Program-made: the position numbers and the translations under genes
Part shown: piece after piece, positions 24,786-38,300 of the stretch
Position numbering within the stretch: the stretch's first letter is position 1
Layout: every line of letters begins with the position of its first letter
NCBI GenBank assembly: GCA_030265395.1
Contig: JARFYF010000063.1
Location: 21,547,805-21,611,804 of the forward strand
Source of the DNA: Rhina ancylostomus
Lineage: Eukaryota
DNA: 64,000 bases
Direction: 5' to 3'
Notes under the pieces: model-generated
Database searches by the model: none
What the model was told of the DNA's origin: nothing
The model's input: only the letters and a program-made list of their open reading frames with translations

Positions 24786-27700
24786 TACATAGGTTTTGCT
24801 CCTTAAATTAAACTCAACATTTTACTGAGTTCTTTCCATTCACATGTTCAAAATAAGTGAACTAAAAGTGCTTCTCACTTACATCAATGAAACCACTGTA
24901 CTTCCCACATACTACACCCTGCAGTTTGTTAAACATGAAGAGGAGGTGATGCAATGCACCACATTGAAATTGTCTGTGACTCATTAAACCACAGACTAGC
25001 TTTACAATCAATGTGATTCAGGTTTAATCAGCTGGGAAAAAGCGTGGTTGAAAAAATGATACACTTTTACACCAAAAGCTGTCACAACACATTCCAACAC
25101 TACATTCCAAACTGCTTGCACATGTTGACATACAACAATATGGTTTAAATGTTAAAAAACCATTAACAGCTTTTGCAATAACGTGTAATCAGATTTAAGT
25201 TGTGACAACTCATTCCTGGGTTATGTATAAAAAAGGTAAAAGATAAATCAGATAACAGAAACAGATTTTGAAATTTTGCTGATCATAGTTCCAAATTATG
25301 ATATCTCATGATCGCAGGTGGAATTATTTCATTGAAATACGTGTTACTCCTTAACATTACATTATCCACAGACTCTATTACCTTATAGATTCAATTGAGG
25401 ATGTCCCTTGACTTCAAGAGTTTTATGATGATCAAGTATATTTACCTGGATAACACCTGAGTGAAAGACAAAAGTATGTTCTGAACTGTCTTAAGACTGT
25501 TCAAGGTGTTTTCTGATTGCATTGGAACCATTTTAATGAAAAGTACTTTGTCATTAGTGCAGAGAGGATGGCAAGTATTGGTGCATCTTAGGTACTGTAA
25601 GAACCCTCTTCCACCCTGCCTTGTGCTGCCATGGATTTGTGCTCTCTTGTCTGCCCAGCCCTCCATTCCTGATATCGTTCAACCTCATCTGCTTGGGTCC
25701 ATTTATTTCTCCTTCCTTCCGGGGCACTGAGTGTTGCTAAGACCTTCTCATGACGTGACTGAAACAACTGCAGTTTCCGTGGCTCACAGCCAATAACAAC
25801 TGTCCATGGATGTATTGTCCACAATTTTGGCAGCTCGTTGATTGCTCCATTCCTCATTGTCTTCAGCCGGTCAAGCAACATGATGAAGACACAGAGATGG
25901 TCGCCCTTTCTGAATGAGGTTCTGCATCTGGACTAGTTGTCCCTGCTTGTCACGCCAAGCTCTTTCCAGCAGTTTGTCTTTTGCTCCAGATTCCAGCATC
26001 TGCAGTCTGTTGTGTCTCCGTCCCGTCGTCTAAAGTGCATTTCAAATGCCTCAATCTCGACTGCAACGTTAGCAACTGTTTTATCCAATTGCATTTACCA
26101 ATCCAACGTTATTTCGTTAAGAGGGGTGATATGTTGAGCCCAGTGCACCGCGTCGTGTGTTAAAACATTGCCAACTTATAAATTTGATATGTACCAAATG
26201 GTTATGTATTTAAAATATAGGGAAACGAAGACGATTAATAAGTGTGTTTGCTAAAATAGTAGGTATTAGTTTCACCTGAAAGTATTGAGCTTATACGTCA
26301 ATATGCGGCAGAGTTATTTCGGGACTGTACACAATGAGAGCGATAGCAAAGATGGAATCTCATCTCAGGGTTCAGATGACAGCTATAAATTATTGACACA
26401 TTGCCATCGCAGTTGATCATATCATCTGAACACATGGCCAAGGTTAAAGCCTTTAATTGCTGTTATACATCCATCAAATACTAATGATGGCGAGATTTCC
26501 ACCGTCCTTATAAGTTGCAGCGTCGGGTGGTCGCCAAATCATCTTCCACAGTGGATTGTGGGGAAGAAGCAGACAAGGTTTGCTTCCGCTGTAAGTTTAC
26601 CGGGGGGGGGAATAACCAAAGAGAAAAATAGAACCATCCCACAGCACGACAAGTGAGGGTGTCGGATCCCCATTGCTAAAGTACGGTTTTTTGGAGAGCT
26701 TATATTCTGCCAAAACAAAACCGTGTTGTTCAGGTTTAATCGGCGATTTGTCCCCCTCCCCACCCCAAAACCAGATTGTTTGTACTTTGCAATTGTTGCT
26801 GTTGAATGGAGCAGACGTTGGCATCCATCTATAGCGTGCACCATTCCTCCCCCCTGTTCTGTCAGGAACTTTCTGTTAATGAGCGCTGGTCTAGTGACTG
26901 TGGCTGCTAGAACTGCGTTAACTTTCCCTTGGAAGATGCAGGCGCAACAATCACCGGTAGTTTTCAGAACCAAGGATAACAACCACCTAGTTAACAGAAC
27001 TGTAATGCGCTGTCAACCTTCAAAGCTCCGTGTCTCTGGCTTCTTGAGTTGTCCTTCACACCCTTCCTCACCCCTCCAAGGTGTTATCAGCTGTGAAGGT
27101 TTGACTGCTGCATGAGTCTGTTCAAACTCGCACAGAGGGTAGCTGCCACACTTCGGGATGGGTAATCATTCCGGGTGGCGGTACTCTGAAGAACCGCTTC
27201 TCCCTCTCATCTCCCGCCCCACAGCCTGATTCACTCGAGTTCACCGGAGGAAAATGGAACAATGAAGACAGTAAACATTAAACTATATCTTGCAACGAGA
27301 CAAGGCGTCAGACCTACCTGTGTAGCGTTCGGAAACTGTGAAAGAAAGAGTTTTAAATGTGACTACTGAAACGTTTACAAATAATGCGGTGCTAAACGCT
27401 GACATACTTAAAAAGTTCGACCACAACATTATCCAAATTAGCCTGTGCACACAGACAAAAAAAAATTGCCGATCCATTACAAAAAAATTGTTTGAAAATC
27501 TGGTAGGAAGAACAAGAGGCATGCATCTGACCACAGTGTACATTGGATTCTCTGTGAGCGTCCCTCTCTAGGTTAAATGTTGCCGAGACGCCTAGTTTTG
27601 AGTTACGACAGATTTTGGAAATTAATACTACATTAACTAATGAAACTCTTAAAATTATATTCCTGCGCTTCTAGGCGATGGGTGTTAATATTGAACCACT

Positions 27701-27993
27701 AACCCGCTTAACTTCAAACTTTATTGGAGTTCGGTGTGCTGCACTGGGCTGCCGTGCACGCGTGTGGAACTGGGGTTAAAATGGTATTTGGAGGTAAAAG
27801 TGCAAGAAGAAAAGTTTACCAAAAGGTAAATGCTAAGCATGTTGACAAAGCAAAATTTATTAAAGTTTATCTGGGTTCACATGTGCATCATTTTACTGAC
27901 ACATTACTTGTTTAAATAAAGTCTTTGTATCCTGGTTTTAATGTGAAAAGTTCCAGGCAAACAGCAAAGTGGGACTGCATCTTTTAAAATCAT

Positions 27994-27999
27994 TTTATT
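27994..27999 (-). terminator. Candidate distal poly(A) signal of USP24
   Basis: AATAAA on - strand at the end of a 7 kb repeat-poor AT-rich stretch, with TGTA motifs upstream. Confidence 0.3.
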
Positions 28000-30900
28000 T
28001 TAAGTTACTTTCAGCATCTTTTTTTTAATTAAAAAAAAGATCGACATTACAGCATACAAACATTCCCTGGGCAATACAGAATTTAACTGTAACACACATG
28101 GACAATGCACCATTGTTTGTCGAGCAGTGGTGTTTAGGAATAAAGGACAAAGACTTACTGGTTGCACTTTTTGCTTGTTAGACTAAAGAACAAATTCATT
28201 TCTCCCTTGACCCTTCAGGTCATCATCCACAAAGAGCTATGACCCTTTTAAGAGTCAGCTTCTTCATGGACCATGACCAATTAATCAGATATTGGTCAAA
28301 CATGCAATCTATATCAGATGGACTGGATTTTTGTTATTCTCTTCCTCCTCTGTTATGTTCAGAGTCTAAGGGGATATTCCACACAGGTTTTTTTAAAAAT
28401 CTGTATGGATAAAGAGTTAAGCATTCTTCACAACACCAAACACATCTTTCACAGAATCAGGTCATTTCAGAGAGGCAGCCATGAAAGAGCGTACAATAGT
28501 AGGATTAAAATAAAGGTTTGTCACAAAGACCAACATTTCATTATTTATCTGTAAAATATTTTGAAGGCAAATATTCATAAAGATATATCACATCCATCCA
28601 GATAAACATTTCAATGCCTAGTTTTATTTGAAACATCTTTTCAAATAAGATTTAACACCAATGGGGAACTGCATCTTAAATGACAAAACTGCTTTCATTG
28701 CAATGTTGGAAATCTAAAAGGATTTTTTTTTGCAAAACAATATGTTTGCCCTCAAATAGCAAATATAACCACAAGGAAGATCAATGGCACAGGAAAGTAT
28801 ACATGTCTTAAAATTCTATATGTCAGAGGAATATGCCCCTCTTTTGACAAGACACTGCAACATACTTATTGCAGTCTTTTAAATGATTATTGGTTACAAC
28901 TCTGTGTAAACAAATTTAGCATAGGCTATCTAATACATTCAAAAAAAATTCAGAGTATTTTAAGTGGTCATTAAATCAAAACTGTGATAAGTTTTCTCTT
29001 ATTATATCTGGGTTCAGTAGATACTGCTATTCGAGGCTCTCTGTAGGACCTGAAAAAAACACTATTGCAATTATCATAGCCCTTCATGAATACTCCATTT
29101 TGTCCCTCTTGTGTCTGCCCTGATGGCAATCAAATTGTGACGGGTGACCATTTCAGCACTAAGTTGGGCACTGTTACACCAGGCACATCACTATTTGCCC
29201 TTCCCCACATGGTTGTATTAAAAAAAAAGACTTGGAAAATGATTTAATTCCCATTTTGCTACAATAGTTTAAAATGCTGAATTATGGTCACCTTTAACTT
29301 CCTGTAGATGTTGACTAGCATCTAGGCATTCACTGGTGAGAGAATGTTGCTTTTAGATTACAGTATTACAAGTGGAATCAGTGGTGTAACATAACCCTCA
29401 GTACTATTTACAGATTTCTATCAAAATAAGACTAAAGAATATACTTTAAGATTTACTTCAGAAACATAACTCAATGGTCCCATCTGTTGCTCAGATGTTA
29501 CTTTATGACATATATGGTATCACATTCAAATGTTGAGATGAGTGGGGTGATCCTGCAAGTCACAATACTGCAACAAACATTAATTTTCTTCAGTTAGTTC
29601 ATGCTTATCTTGCCAACAATGATAGCACAACAGTAATAGTCAAGATAGTTTAATTTTTCACATAATAAAACAATTAACTGGAAGGCTAGAAATGAATTCT
29701 TACAATACTGTGGTGTGCTGCAGGGAACCAAGGAAGCAATACAGTCAGAATTAAAAATGGCATTTATGAATGATATGAAACTCACAGGAGGCTTTGTTTG
29801 CAGACTTCATGAAAAAGCAGAACTACTAATGTTACTAAGTTCAGTACTAATGTTAAAAAGCTTCAACTATATTCTTTGAGCCATCTTCTGTTAACTGTAG
29901 AGGAGCTACGCAGGGCTAAAAGAGATACAGTATTTGACTGGTAAGGCACAGAAGGAATATTCTCCTTCTTAAGAAAGCGGTTTATGCAGAACTTGACAAC
30001 TAAAACTAGCATGTCACTGCGAGATCCCCAGGACTTGATTCTAAGTCTGTCCTCTTATGCCCATTTGATCAGACCAGTAGGAACAGAGGTGTTCCATTTG
30101 CTGTTCCATTTCCATGATGGATGGAAATAATGCTTTTATTAGTTAGGATATTTAGTGTACAGACACATTTGGATGATATATTAGCAGTAATGATCCAGTG
30201 TTCTGTCCCTGATGTGAGTAGAACTGGAGATTCAGCTTTTAAAGTGAGGAAGAATGTCAATCTATATTTATTGAAGGATAGAGGCTTTGAACTGGAATAT
30301 GCCCTTTTAGAGAATGAAAAGGACTATTTTCAGTTGAGAACTAACATTGTGATGTTTATTCTCAAGCCAAAATTAGTCTGTTTTGGTGGTTCAAATAGTT
30401 ATACCAAAATTATTTTGATAATGTTTTACAGAAAGTTGATTGCCATTATATAATCAGCTATTTAATAAAGTGAAAAGAAAACATTAAATTGGTTGATAAA
30501 AATGCTGCAAGTTACACTTGTAGAGTTTGTTTACTGGTTCTTTTTTGAATTAAAAAACAACACATTAAAGCAGTGATGCTAATGCCTAAAGAGCCTGGGC
30601 TTAAGGGTTAGATTACTTGAAGCTAGACTACATTATTTAGTGCAGCTTCTCTATTGGTAAACCAACATGTGACTCAATCTGAAATTCAACTTCTGCGGTC
30701 TGGGAACGGCAACTAGAGGTTGATTAAACGCAGCAAGAATAAATAGGTGTCTTCCCTAGTAGCTACCTTAAAAGGTTAAAATATTGGGGAAGTGTGGTGG
30801 TAGGCAACCTCACTGTGCTTATGGGCATGAATCAAATGGAAACAAAGGTTTCATAGGAAGCAGGAAAGATGAAATTTCTAATGCAACTACCCAAAATCCA

Positions 30901-33900
30901 TAACTGTGAGTACTTAGCCAAAAAATGCAATGCTCCCTGGAATAAGTAATCAAAAAGAGATTGAAACATCATCCACCCATAACCTTGATTCAAATCCAGC
31001 TCCAAAATGGATTAAACAAAAATCTCCATGGTGAATGAAAGACTATCACGTTAATTTAGTTTGGAAAAACTCTCAAAGCTAGTTCATAATGCAGATGTGC
31101 ACATCTTGCAGAAATGCTCAGAACCTAGCTGGTTTTAGGTTGTGAAACTCACTCAGAAGGATCTATATAGAAAATAGAAATGCATACAGGTACTCTAAGG
31201 GATACCTTTCAGAGACTATGAATAAGACATAGTTTCAAGAACAGCAGATAGATTTTAATTCCACCTCTGGACTCCACGGATGTGGCCATCCCTAAAGCTG
31301 TCAGATGGCAAAAATGAACAAAACCATTTCTCAGCAATAAGACTCCTCACTGATAAACACACAAGTGTGTGGAATGAAATTAGTAACTTTTAACTAATGC
31401 TAACCACTTCATTGCCCATGTTAATAATAACTGGTCAAATTACAGCAGAATAAATCTTGTATCTAACCCACTGATGTCCTCATTTGAAGCCATACCATTA
31501 AATAACAAACATTTTGGCTCTGGTGAGCATTTTTGCTCATTGGCAATAGGATTATTGAAGTAGATGTTGGCAATTTGCAACTGACACCATTGTGCAGCTC
31601 CTCCAGGTATACTGCTAATGAATATTTCAAAAGACAACCAGGCTAGAACCTAACCAACCAGTACTCTCACTACCAGGCGGCTAATGTGCCAAAACTTTGA
31701 GATCCAGCAAAAATAATAAAAAGGCACTTGTGGCCATCCGTGCCTTTGGCTTGGTGGTCCATACTGGACATTGTCATCTGATGAAAGCCTGACCCCCAAG
31801 ATGTGTTACTCTTGGTATACTGTGAATGTATAGTAAGGCAGAAGATCAAAGGCCTATTCATTAACATATGGCAACAAAAACCTTGCATACAAAAGGACAA
31901 ATTAAAAAGTCTCCTGCATTTCCAAGCAATTCATAAACTGGCACAAAATGGAGGCTAATAAAGCAGTGGTGGGATACTGGCACCAGGTGCGACTTGTGTG
32001 CATCCCACTCACCACACATTCACTCATTACACAATTGAGCCCACACAATCTCATTGGTTTCCAGTGATTCCCAGGAGGTAATTTACATTAATCTTACTGT
32101 AATATTCTATGGTAGCCTTTCGGCAGATTCAGCCTGCAATACAGTAGCAAGAGCGATGCTGTAGTCAATCGACAAATATATCTTCAGATTTCCAAAATGT
32201 TTCAACTACACTGAAAAAAACAAAAAACAAATGCTCTTAACCCTTACCTGCATAAACCTAAATGTAGGTCAGAATGTCTCCAGGATGCTGCATTTGTACT
32301 TTTGTTCATTCTACTACCTTCACCACTGTTTGCTATTAACATAAAGGTTCACATTGGTTGGGTGTTTAAATTAACCATAGTCTGCTTATAATCTAAAAAT
32401 GAATTTGATTGCAAGTTAGCCACAACATTTCTAAACAGAAGTGAATATTTTGATTAAAAGCTACTCAACATATATTTTAACAAAGCAAACTGCAACTTAA
32501 GAAAAAAATGTACTTATTGAACATTGTACAAATATCTTAAAAATGTAACCAGGAAATAGTGCTTTACTATATGACCCATTCTACATTTTCCATGGACTAT
32601 TGAAGGGATTAATGCATTGTATAATCTGAAGTTGTTTAGATAAAATATTGCTTAAGTAGCAACCCCAGTTCAGCTGCTTATTTCTGAATTCATTTTAGCA
32701 GACAAACACATTGCAGTAAATATAACTTCTCACAAATCCACTTGCATAAGATTCACCTCAATGACTCTATGCTGGCTAAAGGTTACTGCCCTCGAAACAA
32801 AGTTAAATATTTCTAGTGTAGTTTTGTGCTCTTTGTTAGCCCAAATCAAAACTTGGTAGTGTGGGGATGATTAAAGATGTTAAAATATCCAGATACTCTG
32901 GCGCCGCAATAGGAGCTTCAAAATATGGACAGTATAATTAAAGTTGACAAGAAACGTGTCTCTTATGAATGACGTGCAACAATTTAATTGCATTATAAAA
33001 GATGAAAAGCTGAGAATATGATTTAATATCTAATCTGCCAAATTTGAGACACTTTTTTTTAAGTTAGTCGTATAAAGGTTTTCGCACTACATTAATCTCT
33101 TACAAAATACCTAGTTACAAACACAGAATTGCTTTAAAGTGGCTATTGAGTACGAATTAGGTGGGAACCTGCCAGTCTGATTTCAGACCAAGAGGGATTG
33201 GGAATTCATTATTCTTTTCAGAACCAATATCACAATACATTTCAATGACCCTTCCTATACAAGTTTATGAATTATCATAGCAAATCTAAATTTTTTCAAC
33301 ATAAATAAATTAATTTTATTTCCACTGGGGTTACTAACTTAAGAAACAACTTTCTTCCCTGGTTGGAAACTGCTGAGAATCTCTTTGTCAAACCTTTATG
33401 GGTTAATGCATAGTAAATACAAGTTGATACTTCAACTTAAACAGAAGCCAAGGAAGAAATGGATAACTTCTCTCTGACTACAATGGGAAATGCTGATGTG
33501 CAAGGTCCATGATACAAAAAATGATTTAAGTTTCCTATGCTAATTTATCAATTCATGTCAAGCTTCTACTGTAGGGATAATGTCAAAGATGTTCCAGGGG
33601 TTATACTATAAATGCTCCAATGACATTAGATAGTTTGTCTTTCTTTCCCCTTCCCTTTTATTCAGAAACCCAAGTAACCATCACTGATAATTTGACCATC
33701 TCACCACAAACTCAACTATGTAATGGACAAGTGCACAATACCAATAGGTTGCTGGTTATATTAAAAGCTGATAGAAATTAGTCAATAAAACTTTAAATCA
33801 TTAAACCACAAATGATAACCCTTTTGTAAGGGTGTGTGTTATAGGACATAATGGAGAAAAGGATCCACCTGACTCAAGGGAGAGTATATATTCTAATAAA

Positions 33901-34694
33901 TAATACTCAGATACAGTGCAAGAGCTTGAGCTGTGTTCCACAACTCTATATGGTTGCATGTGCCAGTTAATCCTTACCATGTAAGGTCATCTTATCCGTA
34001 CCACAGAAAGATTCGAAGGATTTTCCACAGAGGAGGAGGAAAGTTTCAGGCAGTTTAGCCTGCACAGCTCTGCAGCATTATGTGGAGTGGCCTGGGACCA
34101 AGTTATCTGCCTAATTAGCTGCAGATGTTATGTAAAAAAGCAGAAATATAAATTCTTTTAAGAACGTCTGAAATGAAATCAATGAATCTGTGAGGACCCT
34201 GTCATGGTTACAAACTGCTTGATGTCATGAATATTATCTAATCCAGTGATAAGTGATTCTTATACATCCCATGAGCTGCATGTAGGTGCATTCTTCTCCC
34301 ATCATTTACTGGGTTGGCAGCATCAGAAACTGCAAAACAATATGCATGAACTTACTAGTGTAGGTGAACTTGTCAAGTAAGTATTACACACTTGCCCATT
34401 ACATATTCTATTTCTACTATAAAAGGTGTCAAAATATGATTCAAAAACAAATTAAGGCCATCTTAAAAACAGAAGTAATGCAAATTTATGGTGTGATCAA
34501 AATAATTGTGACTTATGTCATTGTAATGAAACATCAGTTAATATCTCACCAACTAAAATTCTAACATCTATTGCATAAATGACCATAAAGATTAGACTTT
34601 GAGCTCCTCAAAACAAAATATACATTGTTAACATCAATTTCATTGGAAAATGGCAGCTGGTCATATGAATTTAAAAAACAAAATGTGTGTTGCC

Positions 34695-34700
34695 TTTATT
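34695..34700 (-). terminator. Candidate proximal poly(A) signal of USP24
   Basis: AATAAA on - strand ~620 nt after the stop, followed by a T/GT-rich tract. Confidence 0.45.
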
Positions 34701-35321
34701 AAAGGATTAATCTAATATTTAATAACATTCCAGGCTGCAATTAAATAAGGTAACACAATAGATGCACTCATGTACAGAGTACATTCTTGTTAACCAAGAT
34801 TCCTCTTTGCAAAAGCACCTGGAACCTATCAAATATTCTAACAAACAATTATTGTAACCTAATGTGAACAGATTTACCAGATGCTGTATTATACAAATAA
34901 AATTAAATCTATATAACGTAGTACCACAAAGGATTTTGTTACTCCAAACTCTGGGGACTATTATACACAAATTAACAAGCTCTTCTTTCACCAAGATTGT
35001 ATGAAAATCTTAATCAAATCCTCCGCAGTTACTACTGAAAGCATTAGATAAAAATTTCCTTTTTTGAATATTCACAAGCACAATCAAATTATCCTTCTCC
35101 ATACAAAATCTTCAAAGAACAAGAGAGACTTGCATTAAGTCTTGAGCTTTAACTCTTGGCAAAGTTAGCTTCATAACAGTGCCTGCTATCTGCAACCTGG
35201 GAGTCTGTGCACCTTCCTCCAATCGAATGGTGCCCAAAGCTTTCTGAAATGGTGCCAAGTCATTCAGCACTAATAAAGTTAATTGACACCAAGCATTGTC
35301 CAAAGGAACTTCCAGTCATCT

Positions 35322-35384
35322 TTACGAATCCATATCATCAAGATCACTTTTAGATTCACCAATCATCATTGGTGATTCTGAGCC
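35322..35384 (-). CDS. USP24: USP24 last coding exon
   Basis: tag|GSESPMMIGESKSDLDDMDS*; TAA at 35324-35322. Confidence 0.95.
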   Translation of the reverse strand, partial: GSESPMMIGESKSDLDDMDS

Positions 35385-38300
35385 CTAAGTTTGAAATAAA
35401 AACAGAAAGTTTTACAAGACAGATCCCATTAGGGTCAACAATCGCAATATCTTAAAGATAACATTGCTTGTATGTTATAAGGTGATAATGGAAAGAGAAA
35501 TCTAGAATGCCTGTCATAGTGAGTATTGGAACAAATGCAAGAAACTATCTTTTGAGGAAAAAAAAACAGTAAAACATCAGAAACCTGCAGTAAATGTGTT
35601 ATCTGAAACAGAAATACATGTTAATGGTATTCTAAGTAAAGGCTTGGCCCAGGATATTAACCTCTTTTGCAGATGTTCTTAGAACATCCCGTGCAATGAA
35701 TTTTGTACTCTAAGGGGACCCCTCTTTAGTAATGGTTAAATTCTACAAGAAAGAATGATGTAGTTCATTTTTCTTTTGAAATCTATTAATACAGGTAGCT
35801 CCGCAGAATACAAGTGCAAAATCCTCAAAAAAGAAGCAACCAACAGGTAAGCTTTAACCTTTATTGCCACTGTAGCAAAATCTCCTGAGAAGGACTGAAT
35901 TAGTGAAGTCATCACATCACAAAGTGCCCATGAACTTGTGGGTGGAGCTTTGATGCCAAGTAGAATGAAACTGCAATGTATTCACTAATTTATACTAAAA
36001 TGACAGCATTGTTAGAACAGGAATGTGTTTCCGTTTTAATTGAACCACTACTTCTCAGATGTTGTACTTTAGAATTTGAAAAATGTTGATTCAAATTAAA
36101 TACATGGACAAGTTCCTGAGTTGTAAAAATACTTAGAAGTTTATGTTCAATATTTGTATTTTTACTATTCATCATATTGTATGTTGACTTATCTGACATT
36201 TCTGTTACAATTTTTTGTTGCTGTTTTCCTAAAACTTATGTNNNNNNNNNNNNNNNNNNNNNNNNNNNNNNNNNNNNNNNNNNNNNNNNNNNNNNNNNNN
36301 NNNNNNNNNNNNNNNNNNNNNNNNNNNNNNNNNNNNNNNNNTTTTTTGTTGCTGTTGTCCTAAAACTTATGTTTAACCTTTAAGGAATTCTCCTTACCTG
36401 TCGAAGAGTTCTATCTCCATTCTCTGCAGCTGGGCTGCCTTCTGAACCATTACTGCTCCCAGATTGCTCCTTTTCATTCAAAAGGGCTGTAGCATAGGCT
36501 AATGTATCCTGTAGCAAAATAAATTATGATCTCTTAGGGAATTATTTTTTGTGACATTTAAATCTAGGCTATCTTGTGGTCAAGAAAAATTCAAGACTGA
36601 ATTTTAATCTGAAGAAAAGACATGTATTTATATAGCACCTTTCACAACCTCAGGACAACTAATATCTTTTTATAACTGAAGAAATACCTTTCGAAGCACA
36701 AAAACTGCTGTAATATTGGAAAGCTGAACACAGAACAGTACATTACAGGAACAGGTCTTTCGGCCCACAATGTCTGTGCCAAACAATGCCAAATTAAACT
36801 AAATCTCTTCTGCCTGCACATGATCCAAAGACCCCACCCACCTGGGACATTCTCTCTTCTTTCCTCTTCCATTAGGTAGAAGATGTTTCAAGTCAATGAT
36901 GACCCTTTATCAGAACTGGATGTAGGAAAACAAATGTGTTTTAAGTTGCAGAGGGCCAGGTAACAAAAGGGAATGGCTGTGATAGCAGAGATCAAGGTTA
37001 TTTAGGTGACACAACTGCTTTCAGTGCTGCCCAAAGAGGGAAATCAATGTTAGTCATTGCAGATCTGTCTAGGGGAGTGAAGGAGTGAACAAAGGAGGAT
37101 CAATGATAGAGAAAAAAAATCAACTTGCTTGAAGTCTGAGATACAGAGCACAGCAGTTGCTGGAAATCAAAGGCAATGCTGGAAATACTCAGATCAGGTA
37201 GTACTAACAACTGAATCCAGAACCAAGGTAAAGAATTCAATTCTAATTTGATTTGTGATATTCCACACCCCACCTAATACTTCCAAGTCAAAAGGAAGAA
37301 AGAGATTATTCAAATCTGTGCTTATGAGAGAACCATCAATGGTTCAAAGCTGACATACCTGTGCTGAAATTGTGCGCTGAAATGTCTTTGCTGTTGAGGT
37401 TTCATTCGATATGTTGCTCTGCGGTGCCCAATAATGTTCAGACATCTAAGCAGAGAGAAACAAAACAGGGGAAAAAAACTATAAGGTACAAACTTATATC
37501 AGTTTCCTGGTGTACAAATAAGCTTTCAAGAATTTCTTCAGTATTTCAAGATGCTCTAGAAGCAACCCAGTTAAAAATTTCAGAAACTTATTCAGATATT
37601 AGGCCCGTTTTAAAGAGCCTGTCACTCTGATCTCTCCTGAAGGTCTGCATTTTGACAAGAGCACTCTAAAAGGTTTGGAAAAAGTGTTTAAATACATAAG
37701 AAATACAAGGAGCAGCTCATTCTACTTCCAGTGTCTTGCTGTCATTCAGTAAGATCTCAGCACCACTTTCCTGCACTAACTCCATGTCCCTCAATTCAAC
37801 TGACATCCAAAAATCTGTCAAAATATGTCTTGAACGTACTCAGTGACTGAGCCTTCAGAGCCCTCTTAGGTGTAGAATTCCAAAGATTCCCTACCATCTA
37901 ATTGAAGAAACATCTTCTCATATCAATCCTGAATAGCCAAACATTTATTTTGGGAATGTGAACCCTGATTCCAGATACTTTAGCCAAGAGAATTCCATCT
38001 TTACAGCTATCTTGTCATGTTCCAAAGGACCCACTTTAACTTGCTTAATATTTCTCTTTTTTTTTTACATATCAATGTGAGGTTTTAACAGTGCGTATTG
38101 TTTCCCTTAAAATATTGTTTTTTTAACTCTTTCTTCCTCTGAGTGCCTTGGCCGCCTTCTGTTGCATTCTGATATTTTCCCAGTCTTCAGATATACTGTT
38201 TTTTTGGGCAACATTACATCTGTNNNNNNNNNNNNNNNNNNNNNNNNNNNNNNNNNNNNNNNNNNNNNNNNNNNNNNNNNNNNNNNNNNNNNNNNNNNNN

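Noticed and set aside
25442-25881. Minus-strand ORFs of 97 and 74 aa between the genes
   Set aside because: No recognisable homology, different frames and no supporting exon chain.
26539-27115. Overlapping 147-aa (-) and 130-aa (+) ORFs in the CpG-rich island
   Set aside because: Non-ATG starts, no recognisable domain and no coherent splice structure; probably chance ORFs.
36205-36375. Near-identical sequence on both sides of an N gap (also at 41879-42486, 58648-58795 and 63174-63290)
   Set aside because: Typical unmerged contig overlaps or heterozygous ends in a draft assembly, not biological tandem repeats.
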